Virus record (IMG/VR): IMGVR_UViG_3300037067_022550
Reading direction: 5' to 3' (one strand)
Length of the DNA: 64,000 nt
Source of the DNA: a virus
This document shows positions 9,660-19,381 of this stretch, piece by piece. The notes below the pieces were generated by a model that searched no databases, was not told where the DNA came from, and saw only the letters and a program-made list of their open reading frames with translations. Made by a program: the position numbers and the translations under genes. The stretch's first letter is position 1, and every line of letters starts with the position of its first letter.

Positions 9660-9751
9660 ATGTTCCCCTTCCTTATTGGTTCTGTAACATTTGCATATTA
9701 TTCTCTATTATGGGGACAAAATCCTTTAATAATTAGTTCTGAAATATATGA

Positions 9752-9814
9752 ATAAAAACCCCAAAAACGATTAGCATAGCAGAATTGGCAAAAATTCAAC
9801 AAATGAAATCATAG
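9752..9814 (+). pseudogene. duplicated 3'-terminal remnant of gene 7794-8780 (homing footprint)
   Basis: Encodes KTPKTISIAELAKIQQMKS*, which matches ENPKTISIAELAEIQQKYKMSS* at 8712-8780. Confidence 0.6.
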
Positions 9815-10519
9815 TTGATTAATATATTCTTCTGGAAGCAATCTTCTTTCCCCGCGATAATTTCCGTTTGGAGAATAAAAACAATGGGCTTTGGGATTAT
9901 ATTTATAACATTCGCAAGTTCTGAATAACCAGCTTTCATACCAAAATCTTTTTATTCTTTTCCTACACACTACTGCTTTATAATCTAATACTGGAGTTAA
10001 TTTCTTTATATAGTCACTATTTGCCCACCAGAAATTTCCTAAAAAGTTCTTCCTTTTTCTATAACAAATTCCACAACAATCTACCCCTTCATCTAATTTC
10101 TTAATACAATCTTGCCATTTTAAAATATTGAAATATTCCATGCATTTACGCCAATCTGTAACTAATATTCTATCTTCACTATAAAGTGGAGATGAAATCC
10201 CTTTTGAATGAAAATATAAAACATAACTATTGTTTAAATCACAAAATTCTTTTAACCAAAATAAAGTAACATATTCAAAACAATTTTCTGTAGAATTCCT
10301 CATTTCTATTTTATTAACAGATGTATATTTTTTAATCATTTGCGGAAACCATAAATAAAATTTATCAATTTCAGTTTTAGTTCCTACAACACCAATATGC
10401 ATTTTATTGCATCTGTCATATAACCCAGACTTATAAACGCTATTAAATTGTTCCTCACACAATTCCATCCAATTATTAACAGCATAAACATGATAAAAAA
10501 TATTTATATCCTTATACAT
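9809..10519 (-). CDS. hypothetical protein
   Basis: 236-aa ORF, Cys/Trp/Tyr-rich; sits in the sugar-modification neighbourhood. Confidence 0.4.
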   Translation of the reverse strand: MYKDINIFYHVYAVNNWMELCEEQFNSVYKSGLYDRCNKMHIGVVGTKTEIDKFYLWFPQMIKKYTSVNKIEMRNSTENCFEYVTLFWLKEFCDLNNSYVLYFHSKGISSPLYSEDRILVTDWRKCMEYFNILKWQDCIKKLDEGVDCCGICYRKRKNFLGNFWWANSDYIKKLTPVLDYKAVVCRKRIKRFWYESWLFRTCECYKYNPKAHCFYSPNGNYRGERRLLPEEYINQL

Positions 10520-10533
10520 TTATAATTCCACCT

Positions 10534-11043
10534 TTATTTTTTAAATACTCCCACCAAATCTCCCCATCTACTTGTTTCATCTCTCCATAATTCAATAAGG
10601 TTTACTTTAGCATATTTAGCAAGTGCAGTATAACTGTCTGGATAAAATCTATAACAATCAACTGGAAACCTATGAATTCCTCCAGACGAAGGAGATATTA
10701 AAAATAAATATCCTTCTTTTTTAAGAATCCTATTCATTTCTAAAAAAGATTCCCAAAAAAATTCGCAATGTTCAAACGTTTGTCCAGAAATAACAACATC
10801 AATTGAATTTGATGCAAATGGATAATGATATGGATCTTTTAAAACAACATCAACTCCTTTGCCACTAGATAAATCTATGCCTATATACTTTATTTTATCG
10901 TTTTTAAATATTGATCTGTATGAACCATTAATATTTGCAGATCCGACATCTACAAGAGTTATAGATTCTTTTTTATCTAAAAAATCACCCAGAACATATT
11001 TTTCGTAGCAAATTTTCATATTATTTAGGCTGGTTTTATGCAT
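10534..11043 (-). CDS. SAM-dependent methyltransferase (FkbM-like)
   Basis: LVDVGSANINGSY motif I-like; 169 aa. Confidence 0.45.
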   Translation of the reverse strand: MHKTSLNNMKICYEKYVLGDFLDKKESITLVDVGSANINGSYRSIFKNDKIKYIGIDLSSGKGVDVVLKDPYHYPFASNSIDVVISGQTFEHCEFFWESFLEMNRILKKEGYLFLISPSSGGIHRFPVDCYRFYPDSYTALAKYAKVNLIELWRDETSRWGDLVGVFKK

Positions 11044-11054
11044 TTTAAATATCC

Positions 11055-11540
11055 TTAAGTTATTTTATCTTTGTAAAGTGAAACAACAAAATCACTTTTA
11101 CTTAAGTAATCCACTATCTTATTCATTTCGTTTTTTTCTTCATCTGTTAGAGATATTTTTCCTATCAAAAGTTCATTTAATGTTTTTACTAAATCTTGCT
11201 TTACTAATTTAAATATTTCTGGGTTATTTTCTACTTCTACAGGAGCATCTAAATAGTTTAAAAACCATGTAGTTGGACGCTCTATTTTGTTTTTCCAAAA
11301 CCAATTATATTCTGGGGGACAATTTTTATTTTCAGCTGCATATCTAGAAACCTCGTTATCTTTTCCTCTTCTTAAAACTTCTGCTAATGCTTCTGGCGGA
11401 CAATTTGGATTTTGAACAGCATATATAGAAACCCAATCATCTTTTTCCCTTCTTAACACTTCAGCTAATATTTCAGGAGGGCGATTAGGATCTAGAACCA
11501 TCTCTGCAGTTATTTCTGTAGCTATTTTAATTATTTTCAT
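11055..11540 (-). CDS. leucine-rich-repeat-variant (LRV)-like repeat protein, paralog of 17848-18351
   Basis: Tandem NPNCPPEALAEVLRRGKD..VSRYAA repeats. The C-terminal half is collinear with the 17848 protein. Confidence 0.5.
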   Translation of the reverse strand: MKIIKIATEITAEMVLDPNRPPEILAEVLRREKDDWVSIYAVQNPNCPPEALAEVLRRGKDNEVSRYAAENKNCPPEYNWFWKNKIERPTTWFLNYLDAPVEVENNPEIFKLVKQDLVKTLNELLIGKISLTDEEKNEMNKIVDYLSKSDFVVSLYKDKIT

Positions 11541-11659
11541 AATGATATTACAATATTTAGTGTATATGACTTAATAATATATTTAAATGAAATTTATAAT
11601 TTTACCTGTTTTTAAAGAAATTAACAGGTTTTAAATAATATTGAAAGAATTAAAATATC

Positions 11660-12229
11660 ATGAATAGAACAGAAATTATAAATTTTATTATAAATAAATT
11701 TAATTATAAAAAATATCTTGAAATAGGATGTAGCCGAGATGGTAATTTTAAAAAAATAAATATTGAAAAGGTTGGGGTTGATCCTGTAAGAGGAGGCACA
11801 ATTAGAAAAACATCTGACGAGTTTTTTAAGGATAACAAAGATAATTTTGATGTTGTTTTTATTGACGGTCTACATCATTTTGAACAAGTTTATAGAGATA
11901 TTATTAATTCACTTGATGTTCTAAATGATAACGGAACAATTATAGTACATGATTGTAACCCCATTAGTTATTCATCTCAAGTAGTTCCTAAACCAAGATG
12001 GCCAAGAGCGTGGAATGGAAACGTTTGGAAGGGGTGGTTAAAGTTGAGATGTGAAAATAAAGAATTAGAAATGTTTGTGGTTAATGCAGATAATGGTTGC
12101 GGTATTATTAGAAGAGGAAAACAAGAACTAATTAAAAAATGGGATATGGAGTATAAAGAATTTGAGAAAGACAAAAATAAGTTGTTAAATCTGTTTTCTG
12201 TAGAAGAATTTATAAATTATTTCAAATAA
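11660..12229 (+). CDS. class I SAM-dependent methyltransferase
   Basis: YLEIGCSRDG ... VVFIDGLHHFEQVYRDI ... IIVHDC. Confidence 0.5.
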   Translation: MNRTEIINFIINKFNYKKYLEIGCSRDGNFKKINIEKVGVDPVRGGTIRKTSDEFFKDNKDNFDVVFIDGLHHFEQVYRDIINSLDVLNDNGTIIVHDCNPISYSSQVVPKPRWPRAWNGNVWKGWLKLRCENKELEMFVVNADNGCGIIRRGKQELIKKWDMEYKEFEKDKNKLLNLFSVEEFINYFK

Positions 12230-12231
12230 AT

Positions 12232-13113
12232 TTAGGTATATATCCTTCCTCCAACTGTTGCACCAGCTATTTCCATCCAATCTTTAACCTTACGTATTCT
12301 CAAGTTATAATCATTGACTTCTTCCAATAATTTACAATCAACACTAAGTTCCCTACATCTACCTATAGCTGCTCCCAAATCCTTCGGAAAGCACTTCCCA
12401 CCAAAACCTCTTTCTGTTGTTATATCCAAATGAGTTGATCCTATTCTTTTATCTGCTGCCACTCCTTTTTTAACATCTTCATAACAAACTTCTAAAGATT
12501 GGCATAGGTCATAAAAAACATTAGCTATTGAAACTTTAGTGGCCAGTAAAACATTGGATTGATATTTTACTATTTCAGCAGCTGTAGAACTCATTTTTAT
12601 AATATTTACGGCAGGAAAACAAGTTCTATATAAATCTATCACTCTCTGAGATATCCAATCATTATCTGCTCCTATAATAACTCTGTCTGGATTTATAAAA
12701 TCTTGAAAATAATTAGCCTCCGTCAAAAACTCAGGATTCATTGAAAAATTAACTTCATTAAATGTTTTGGCGTATCTTACTGTTGTACCTGGAGCAACTG
12801 TTGATTTTATAATAATAATTTTACCACTATTTTTTATCATAGGACACAATTTGCCCATTACATCATCATAAATTGTTAAATCTATATGCAATGTCTTTTC
12901 ATCATATGGGGTCGGTAAGCAAACAAAAATAAATTCGCTTTTAGCTGCTATTTCTTCCAGAGAACCAATTTTTTTATATTTATCATAAATAACCACATGA
13001 TGTTTTGGTTCAAATCCGTTTTCTTTATCATGTCCATAAAATCCATATTCTACTGATTTGCCAACATAACCGTGTCCAACAATTCCAAGTGTACTCATAA
13101 TATTTTTCTCCAT
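12232..13113 (-). CDS. nucleotide-sugar dehydrogenase (UDP-glucose 6-dehydrogenase family, short form)
   Basis: GIVGHGYVGK Rossmann motif, KSTVAPGTT, NPEFLTEANYFQD, and catalytic GGKCFPKD. It lacks most of the C-terminal domain. Confidence 0.65.
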   Translation of the reverse strand: MEKNIMSTLGIVGHGYVGKSVEYGFYGHDKENGFEPKHHVVIYDKYKKIGSLEEIAAKSEFIFVCLPTPYDEKTLHIDLTIYDDVMGKLCPMIKNSGKIIIIKSTVAPGTTVRYAKTFNEVNFSMNPEFLTEANYFQDFINPDRVIIGADNDWISQRVIDLYRTCFPAVNIIKMSSTAAEIVKYQSNVLLATKVSIANVFYDLCQSLEVCYEDVKKGVAADKRIGSTHLDITTERGFGGKCFPKDLGAAIGRCRELSVDCKLLEEVNDYNLRIRKVKDWMEIAGATVGGRIYT

Positions 13114-15584
13114 TAATTTGCTCTTTTAATTTCGCTCATACCCAAGTCTCCAGTTGCTTTTTCTATAATTATTTTTCTTTCTATTATTTCATTAATTTGT
13201 GGTTTATGAGATATAATTAACACTCTAGAAAATTTATTTTTAAGGACGTTCAACATTTTAAAAACTGCTCCAGTATGTTCATTATCTAGACTACCCAAAA
13301 CTTCGTCCAACATTATAATTTCAGGTTTATTAGCACATCTGGTAAATGATAATAATCCCAAACCGATACTAACGGCTAGCTTAACCAAAACCTTTTCTCC
13401 TCCGCTTAACATGGCAAAATTATCTGCTGTTCCTCCGTTTAGTAAAATATCAACTTTTGATTTTTCATTAATAAATACTTCAATTCCCATATTTCCATTT
13501 GTTAAAACATCAATAAATTCTTTAATATAAACATTTAATAGGGGTAGATATCTAGAAACTATTCTGGTTTGAATTCCGTCTAGCCCGTAAATATCTTCTA
13601 GCATTATTAGTCTTTTTAGTTCTTTTTCTAATAAGTCTTGCTGTTTTTTTAAAGCAGACATTTTAGTGCTTATTTCTTTTATCATTTCTATTTCTTTATT
13701 TAAAGAACCGATAGAAGAATCACAAGCTGATTTTTCTTTAATCAATCTATTTTTATCTTCTGTTAATTTAGATATTTCTTCCTTAACTGACTTAGCATTA
13801 TTTTCTGCATTCTTATACTGTTCGATTAAAGATTTTATTTGACATTCTAATTTCTCTATATCCTTATTGTGCTTATTTTCTACTTCCTGTTTTTTTAGCA
13901 ATAGGTTTTTTTTCTGTTCTTGATTTTTATTAATGTTAATAAGTATATCTTGTTTATTTTTTGTTTGTTCTTGTAGATTTGATTGGATTTCGACAAGACG
14001 ATTTTTATCCATTTCAAACTGTTTTATTTTTGAAGAAATTTCAGAAGAACTAATAATATTGACACCAATAGTTTCTATTTCCTTTTGCAAAGAATTGATT
14101 TTTTCTTTAATTTTATCTCTTTCTGATTTTTTTAAAATTATTATCTTTAAATCTTTTTTAGATTCATATTCCTTTATTTTATTTTCTATATGTTCTCTAG
14201 AAACAAGACTCTTACATTCGGAACATTCAAATTTACCATCATTGCCAATTTTGTTAAGTTTAGAATTAAGTTCTGATATAATAGTAATATTTTGATTGTA
14301 TAGTGTTTCAAGACTACTAATATCTGATATTAACTGAGTATGATGCTCTCTTAGTTTTTGAATATTTAATTCTTTTTCTTTCTTGAACAATTTCTGATTT
14401 TCAATTTCTTTTAATTTATCTTCACATTCCTTTAAATTGAATTTAGCTATGCTTTCTTTCTTGAATTTTATTTGTTCATTGGTTTGCAAAATTTTACTGT
14501 CAAGTTCTAAAGATTTTTTATCATCTTCTTTTATGGAGTTTTCTGTTTTTTCTATGAGATCTTGCCACTCTTTTGTTTGGTTAGTAAGACCGTCTTTTTT
14601 ATTCTTAAGATCTTCTCTAACCCTCTTACCTTCCTGTTTAACTCTATCAATTTCTATTAATTTTTCAGATTTTGCTAAAAATTCAAGCTTGGAATCAATT
14701 CCATTAGTTGTAAGAATAATTTCTGTCAACTTTATTTTTAATCTATCTATTTGCCTTTGAATTTCTTCCTGAGACTGTTTTCCGGAAGTGTTTTCATTTA
14801 AAATAATTATTTGTGATTTTATATTTGATATTTCTCTATCTTTTTCATTTTTCTTAACTCTAATACTTTCAAGACATCCATCAACAACATGTTCAAGCCT
14901 CAATAATGAAACTATCATTTCTTTTTTAATTTTATCTGTTCCAGAAACAAATTTACCGGCATCGTTTTGGCCAAAAAGAACACTATTACAAAAAACATCA
15001 TATTCCATACCAATAACTTCTTTAATGGCATCTTGTGTATCTATTTTCCTATGAGAAGACTGACTATCATTATCATTTAAACATCTAAACTCGTGTATAG
15101 GTGAACTGTTATTATGAGTTTTAGTAAATGTTCTGCCTCTTTTGAGAATATAAATTTTATTATTAGATTCAAATATAACTTCTACATAAGATTCCTTCAT
15201 CCCCTTGATATATTTTTTATTAATTCTTGTTACAACTGCAAGACCGGCGTCAGACGCCTTATTGGTATTAACATTCTCTCTAACAATTCTATCATAAAGA
15301 GCATAAGAAACGCCTTCTAAAACAGTAGATTTACCAGTACCGTTAGAACTATCAAAATTGTTGTTTCTCATTCCGCAAATACTGATCAATCCATCAATTC
15401 CTCTTTTCTTTATTTTTTCAATTCTTTCAATAGGATTTTCCTTAAAATTATCATAGACCTGATCTATGGTTAATTTATTTTTGTTGATTAAATCTATTTC
15501 ATCATCGAATAAATCAAAGACAATTGAATTGTTCTTGTCTCCTAATCTCATGAAATAATTATATTTTATGGCATATATTTGCAT
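13113..15584 (-). CDS. sbcC: SbcC/Rad50-like ATPase
   Basis: N-terminal Walker A (SSNGTGKST), long coiled coil, C-terminal signature LSGGEKVLV and Walker B IIMLDEVLGSLD. Confidence 0.8.
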   Translation of the reverse strand: MQIYAIKYNYFMRLGDKNNSIVFDLFDDEIDLINKNKLTIDQVYDNFKENPIERIEKIKKRGIDGLISICGMRNNNFDSSNGTGKSTVLEGVSYALYDRIVRENVNTNKASDAGLAVVTRINKKYIKGMKESYVEVIFESNNKIYILKRGRTFTKTHNNSSPIHEFRCLNDNDSQSSHRKIDTQDAIKEVIGMEYDVFCNSVLFGQNDAGKFVSGTDKIKKEMIVSLLRLEHVVDGCLESIRVKKNEKDREISNIKSQIIILNENTSGKQSQEEIQRQIDRLKIKLTEIILTTNGIDSKLEFLAKSEKLIEIDRVKQEGKRVREDLKNKKDGLTNQTKEWQDLIEKTENSIKEDDKKSLELDSKILQTNEQIKFKKESIAKFNLKECEDKLKEIENQKLFKKEKELNIQKLREHHTQLISDISSLETLYNQNITIISELNSKLNKIGNDGKFECSECKSLVSREHIENKIKEYESKKDLKIIILKKSERDKIKEKINSLQKEIETIGVNIISSSEISSKIKQFEMDKNRLVEIQSNLQEQTKNKQDILININKNQEQKKNLLLKKQEVENKHNKDIEKLECQIKSLIEQYKNAENNAKSVKEEISKLTEDKNRLIKEKSACDSSIGSLNKEIEMIKEISTKMSALKKQQDLLEKELKRLIMLEDIYGLDGIQTRIVSRYLPLLNVYIKEFIDVLTNGNMGIEVFINEKSKVDILLNGGTADNFAMLSGGEKVLVKLAVSIGLGLLSFTRCANKPEIIMLDEVLGSLDNEHTGAVFKMLNVLKNKFSRVLIISHKPQINEIIERKIIIEKATGDLGMSEIKRAN

Positions 15585-15586
15585 AT

Positions 15587-15835
15587 TTATTTTTCCGTAT
15601 AGATGTTGTATAACGGTTTTTTAATACTTATTTTTTGAGGCTGTAAGGGTTTATCGAAAGACATAATCTGTACCCAAACTTTACCAGTTATTAAAAAAAT
15701 TATTCTTTCTACAAAGGAAGCTTTCCAACATGAAGTAATTATATTGCTTTTATCTTTATGTGCTGGCAAGGGCAAATATTCTTGCTGATTTTGGGCATAG
15801 ACACAGTTTTGTTGTTTAAATTTAATTGGTTTCAT
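15587..15835 (-). CDS. hypothetical protein
   Basis: 82-aa ORF between sbcD and sbcC. Confidence 0.35.
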   Translation of the reverse strand: MKPIKFKQQNCVYAQNQQEYLPLPAHKDKSNIITSCWKASFVERIIFLITGKVWVQIMSFDKPLQPQKISIKKPLYNIYTEK

Positions 15836-15839
15836 ATTT

Positions 15840-17204
15840 TTATATCATCCCCATTTTTTCTTCTTTTACTTCATCTCTAATCTTCTTATCTAATAAAAGA
15901 ATTTGTTTTTGTTCTTCTGGATCTTGTTCTCTTTCTTTTATCATTTCAGTAACAACAGATTCAACATCTGAAGCTTCAAGATTGCCTTTTTCAAGCATTT
16001 CTTTCTCTATTTTTAGAGCTTTTAACTCTTGTTCTTTGTCAGTTACCTTTTGGGTATGATATATATGTATGGGATCTATTGTTTTTGAAATTTGCGACTT
16101 CAATTCATCCAGCTTTATGTTAAAGTCATTAAGTTCTGATTTATCTCCACTAAAAGATAACTTGACTACTGAATTTTTTAATTTTTCTGGATTTATATTT
16201 TCTATGGCTTTTCTTATTTCTTGTAAATTTCCTTTGAATTCAATCATTGGTCTTGTATTGGGGTATTCTATAAATCTACATTTACCAAATTTAGGATCAG
16301 TTGTACTATCAGAATCATATAAGATGAATCCCTTTTCAGAATCTTTTTCTGACATATCTGTTTTCTCTAAACTACCAGAATAAAAAGACAAACATTTCTT
16401 TGTTGGCAGTATTTGAAATCTATGATAATCTCCCAAAAAAACATAATCGGAACCAATTAAATCTAAATCTGCAACAGAAATATCATCCTTCTTTTTGTTG
16501 AAAAAAGATTTCTTTATTATTTCAACTTCACCGTCGTCTTCATCAGAAGAAACTTCTTCAAATTCATTTATTTTTCCACCAGAAACACCAAAATGACCAA
16601 AAAATAATGAATTTTTTTCTTGCTTTTTATCATGTACTTCCTTAATAAATTTGTAAAATTCATCTTTTATGGTTATGTTCTTTTGCTCAACATCCATAGT
16701 ATAGGGGAATAGTATGAGATTCTTATCTTTAAATTTCATGACAGTTGGTGAAGAAACTACAGTAATATTATCCAAATGCAATTTTTGAATATCTAATAGA
16801 CCGTGATTTTTTCTGCAAATGTCATGATTACCTATTAACATAATAATGGGTATTTTATTACTAGATATTTTATAAATTTGGCTACTAAAAAAACCTCTTA
16901 TTTCATTGGAGGGATTATGATTATCATAAGAATCTCCATTAATAATCATTAAATCTGGTGAATTTTCTACAGTTTTATCACATACATAACTAAACGCTTT
17001 CATAAAATCAACATTTCTAAAAGGGAGAATGGGTTGATCTTTATCCATGATACCCTTATAAACCGACTTATTTAAATGCAAATCACCTGTAATTACTATT
17101 TTCATTTTTTTTAAAATTAATATGTTACAAAATAAAGTTTTTGTCAACTTTTTATAATTATACAACAAAATATGAAAATTGGTAGACAAACCATTAGATG
17201 CCAC
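15840..17204 (-). CDS. sbcD: SbcD/Mre11-like nuclease
   Basis: Calcineurin-like phosphoesterase motifs ITGDLHL, INGDSYDNH and GNHD. Confidence 0.75.
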   Translation of the reverse strand: MASNGLSTNFHILLYNYKKLTKTLFCNILILKKMKIVITGDLHLNKSVYKGIMDKDQPILPFRNVDFMKAFSYVCDKTVENSPDLMIINGDSYDNHNPSNEIRGFFSSQIYKISSNKIPIIMLIGNHDICRKNHGLLDIQKLHLDNITVVSSPTVMKFKDKNLILFPYTMDVEQKNITIKDEFYKFIKEVHDKKQEKNSLFFGHFGVSGGKINEFEEVSSDEDDGEVEIIKKSFFNKKKDDISVADLDLIGSDYVFLGDYHRFQILPTKKCLSFYSGSLEKTDMSEKDSEKGFILYDSDSTTDPKFGKCRFIEYPNTRPMIEFKGNLQEIRKAIENINPEKLKNSVVKLSFSGDKSELNDFNIKLDELKSQISKTIDPIHIYHTQKVTDKEQELKALKIEKEMLEKGNLEASDVESVVTEMIKEREQDPEEQKQILLLDKKIRDEVKEEKMGMI

Positions 17205-17231
17205 AAAAATGTTTGAATTGTGAAATAAATT

Positions 17232-17268
17232 AAAAAAGGCACTGCTTTTTTAAACAGTGCCTTTTTTA
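17232..17268 (-). terminator. rho-independent terminator (bidirectional hairpin)
   Basis: GGCACTG-N10-CAGTGCC stem flanked by A-run and T-run. Confidence 0.6.
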
Positions 17269-17288
17269 ATCCCGTCATTTAATCTGTT

Positions 17289-17684
17289 TTATTCTACTTT
17301 TTTTGAATCTGTTTTGTTAGTAAAACATTCGTAACATATACCTGTTTTCATCTGTCCACCCATGTCTGTCTCAATGAAAGAACAGATTGTAAACAGATCA
17401 AACCCCTGAACGGCCACAAAACCCCTAGCTATGGCTATAGCTTTGGAAGCCTTAAAACATGTGGCTGGGCTAAAACATCTAACATAGACAACTCCAAATT
17501 GTCTTAATCCGTGAGCTATCGCTCCTGCAAGATTTTTGACTCTTCTTTTTCTTTCTTCTGGATCTATGTCTTTGTCATCAGCTTTGACCTTTAGGATATT
17601 GCTAAATTCCTTATGGTCTTTTGTTTCAAGCTTTTTTTCAACTTCTTCTTTTTCAATCTCTGTGTTTTCCATTTTTTCCTCCAT
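17289..17684 (-). CDS. hypothetical protein
   Basis: 131-aa ORF followed by a terminator. Confidence 0.4.
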   Translation of the reverse strand: MEEKMENTEIEKEEVEKKLETKDHKEFSNILKVKADDKDIDPEERKRRVKNLAGAIAHGLRQFGVVYVRCFSPATCFKASKAIAIARGFVAVQGFDLFTICSFIETDMGGQMKTGICYECFTNKTDSKKVE

Positions 17685-17847
17685 TGTTTAATAACGTTTT
17701 GTAATTACATTATACACCAAAAATAAATAAAATACCTTTTTATTTGCTTTTTTTAAAAGATATATTATTATATAATGGGGATGTATCATTAAAATTTTTA
17801 AAAAAAACACAAAAGGTAAAATGATTAAAAGTTTAGAACAATGTTGA

Positions 17848-18351
17848 ATGAACTGGTATAAAATATCCCAAGCAGAAACATCTCAATCAAAAATAACACT
17901 AGAAATGGTCAACAATCCTAACTGTCCACCAGAAATATTAGTAGAAGTTTTAAGAATGGGAAAAGATGATTGGGTGTCTAGGTATGCAGCTAAAAATCAT
18001 AACTGCCCACCTGAAACATTAGCAGAAGTTTTAAGAAGGGGAAATGATGATGGCGTTTCTTATTCTGCTTACAATAATGATAACTGTCCCATAGAAGAAA
18101 AGTGGATATGGAAAAACACTGTAATAGATCCATTAGGATTTTTAAACTATGTAGATGATCCACCGGAAATAAAAAATAATCCAAAAATAGTAAAAGTAGT
18201 AAAAATATATTTAATAGAAATTTTAAATGAGTATATTAGAAAACATTTATTTACTATTAGAGATAAAGTTAAAATAAAAAAACTGATAGACCTATTTAGT
18301 GATAAAGACTTTATAATTTCTTTATATAAAAATAAAATAGAAGAGCTATAA
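17848..18351 (+). CDS. LRV-like repeat protein with MNWYKISQ N-terminus
   Basis: NPNCPPEILVEVLRMGKDDWVSRYAAKNHNCPPETLAEVLRRG repeats; paralog of 11055-11540. Confidence 0.5.
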   Translation: MNWYKISQAETSQSKITLEMVNNPNCPPEILVEVLRMGKDDWVSRYAAKNHNCPPETLAEVLRRGNDDGVSYSAYNNDNCPIEEKWIWKNTVIDPLGFLNYVDDPPEIKNNPKIVKVVKIYLIEILNEYIRKHLFTIRDKVKIKKLIDLFSDKDFIISLYKNKIEEL

Positions 18352-18374
18352 TATTTAATTTTTACCACAAAAAA

Positions 18375-19370
18375 TTAAATTGATGTTTTAGCTTCTAGCT
18401 TCTGCCTGTATCTTTTTAATGCCTTAACTGTTTTTCTTAATATTTTAGTATCTTTTCTCTTAACTTCAAAAGTAATAACATTGCTTTTGTCATCAAATCT
18501 AAAATTTAATAATTTATATCCCCTAGAATATTTATTAGACTCATCTATAATATTCTTTAGTCTCTTTTTAGCAGTTCCCTTATGCCCCTTAAATATTTTA
18601 GCATCATTTACACAAACATTTATTTGCTCAACAACATTCTGACAAGCATTAGATATTTTCTTTACGTGTGGATCACTAACAAATCTTCTTAATGCATCTC
18701 TAATATCATTGTCACCCCTAGAAATATCTTCTATCATAGTATCTGTTGCATATTTAGACCTTGTACATGGCTCTTGACTAACTAATGTATCCTTTAAGCA
18801 AACTTTTTTTGAATCACTTTTATTTGTATTATATTCATAATCAAGACTCATCAAATTCAATTCTTGGGGCTTGCCATTACTATCAACTCTTTTTTTACTA
18901 TGCTGTCTTTTAGCAATGTTAGACATGTAATGCCTTAAAGAAGTATATAAGAAAGTATTAAAAGGAGTTCTTTTAAAAACTGTTTTTTTCTTGCCATTAC
19001 TTCCTAAAACAAGATTACCATTTTTTGTTTTAACTATTCTTTTTTTAGGTTTATATTCATAATGATCAACGCATTTTTGCCATATCATTGTTATATCTGA
19101 AAGCAAATCTTCTTCACTCATACGTAAATATGCATATTTTTTTGCCCATATTTTAAGAGTTTGTTGCCTTATTTCATACAATTTAGTTAAAGTTGCCATA
19201 TTTTTTGTTTTTTGATATTTATTTACAAGAGCATCTTCTGTATCTCTATCAATTGCTTTGAAATTTGTTTGTGGCAAATTTAAGTTTATTCCATTTTTAT
19301 CTTCTATTTTATTTTCAACATCATTGTCTAAAACAAGATCCTTTAATATCACGGATGAATTATAAACCAT
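18375..19370 (-). CDS. hypothetical protein
   Basis: 331-aa ORF. Confidence 0.4.
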   Translation of the reverse strand: MVYNSSVILKDLVLDNDVENKIEDKNGINLNLPQTNFKAIDRDTEDALVNKYQKTKNMATLTKLYEIRQQTLKIWAKKYAYLRMSEEDLLSDITMIWQKCVDHYEYKPKKRIVKTKNGNLVLGSNGKKKTVFKRTPFNTFLYTSLRHYMSNIAKRQHSKKRVDSNGKPQELNLMSLDYEYNTNKSDSKKVCLKDTLVSQEPCTRSKYATDTMIEDISRGDNDIRDALRRFVSDPHVKKISNACQNVVEQINVCVNDAKIFKGHKGTAKKRLKNIIDESNKYSRGYKLLNFRFDDKSNVITFEVKRKDTKILRKTVKALKRYRQKLEAKTSI

Positions 19371-19381
19371 ACTTATTTCTC

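Noticed and set aside
13933-15320. Several plus-strand ORFs (68-120 aa)
   Set aside because: Antisense to sbcC coding sequence; AT-rich antisense frames are open by chance.
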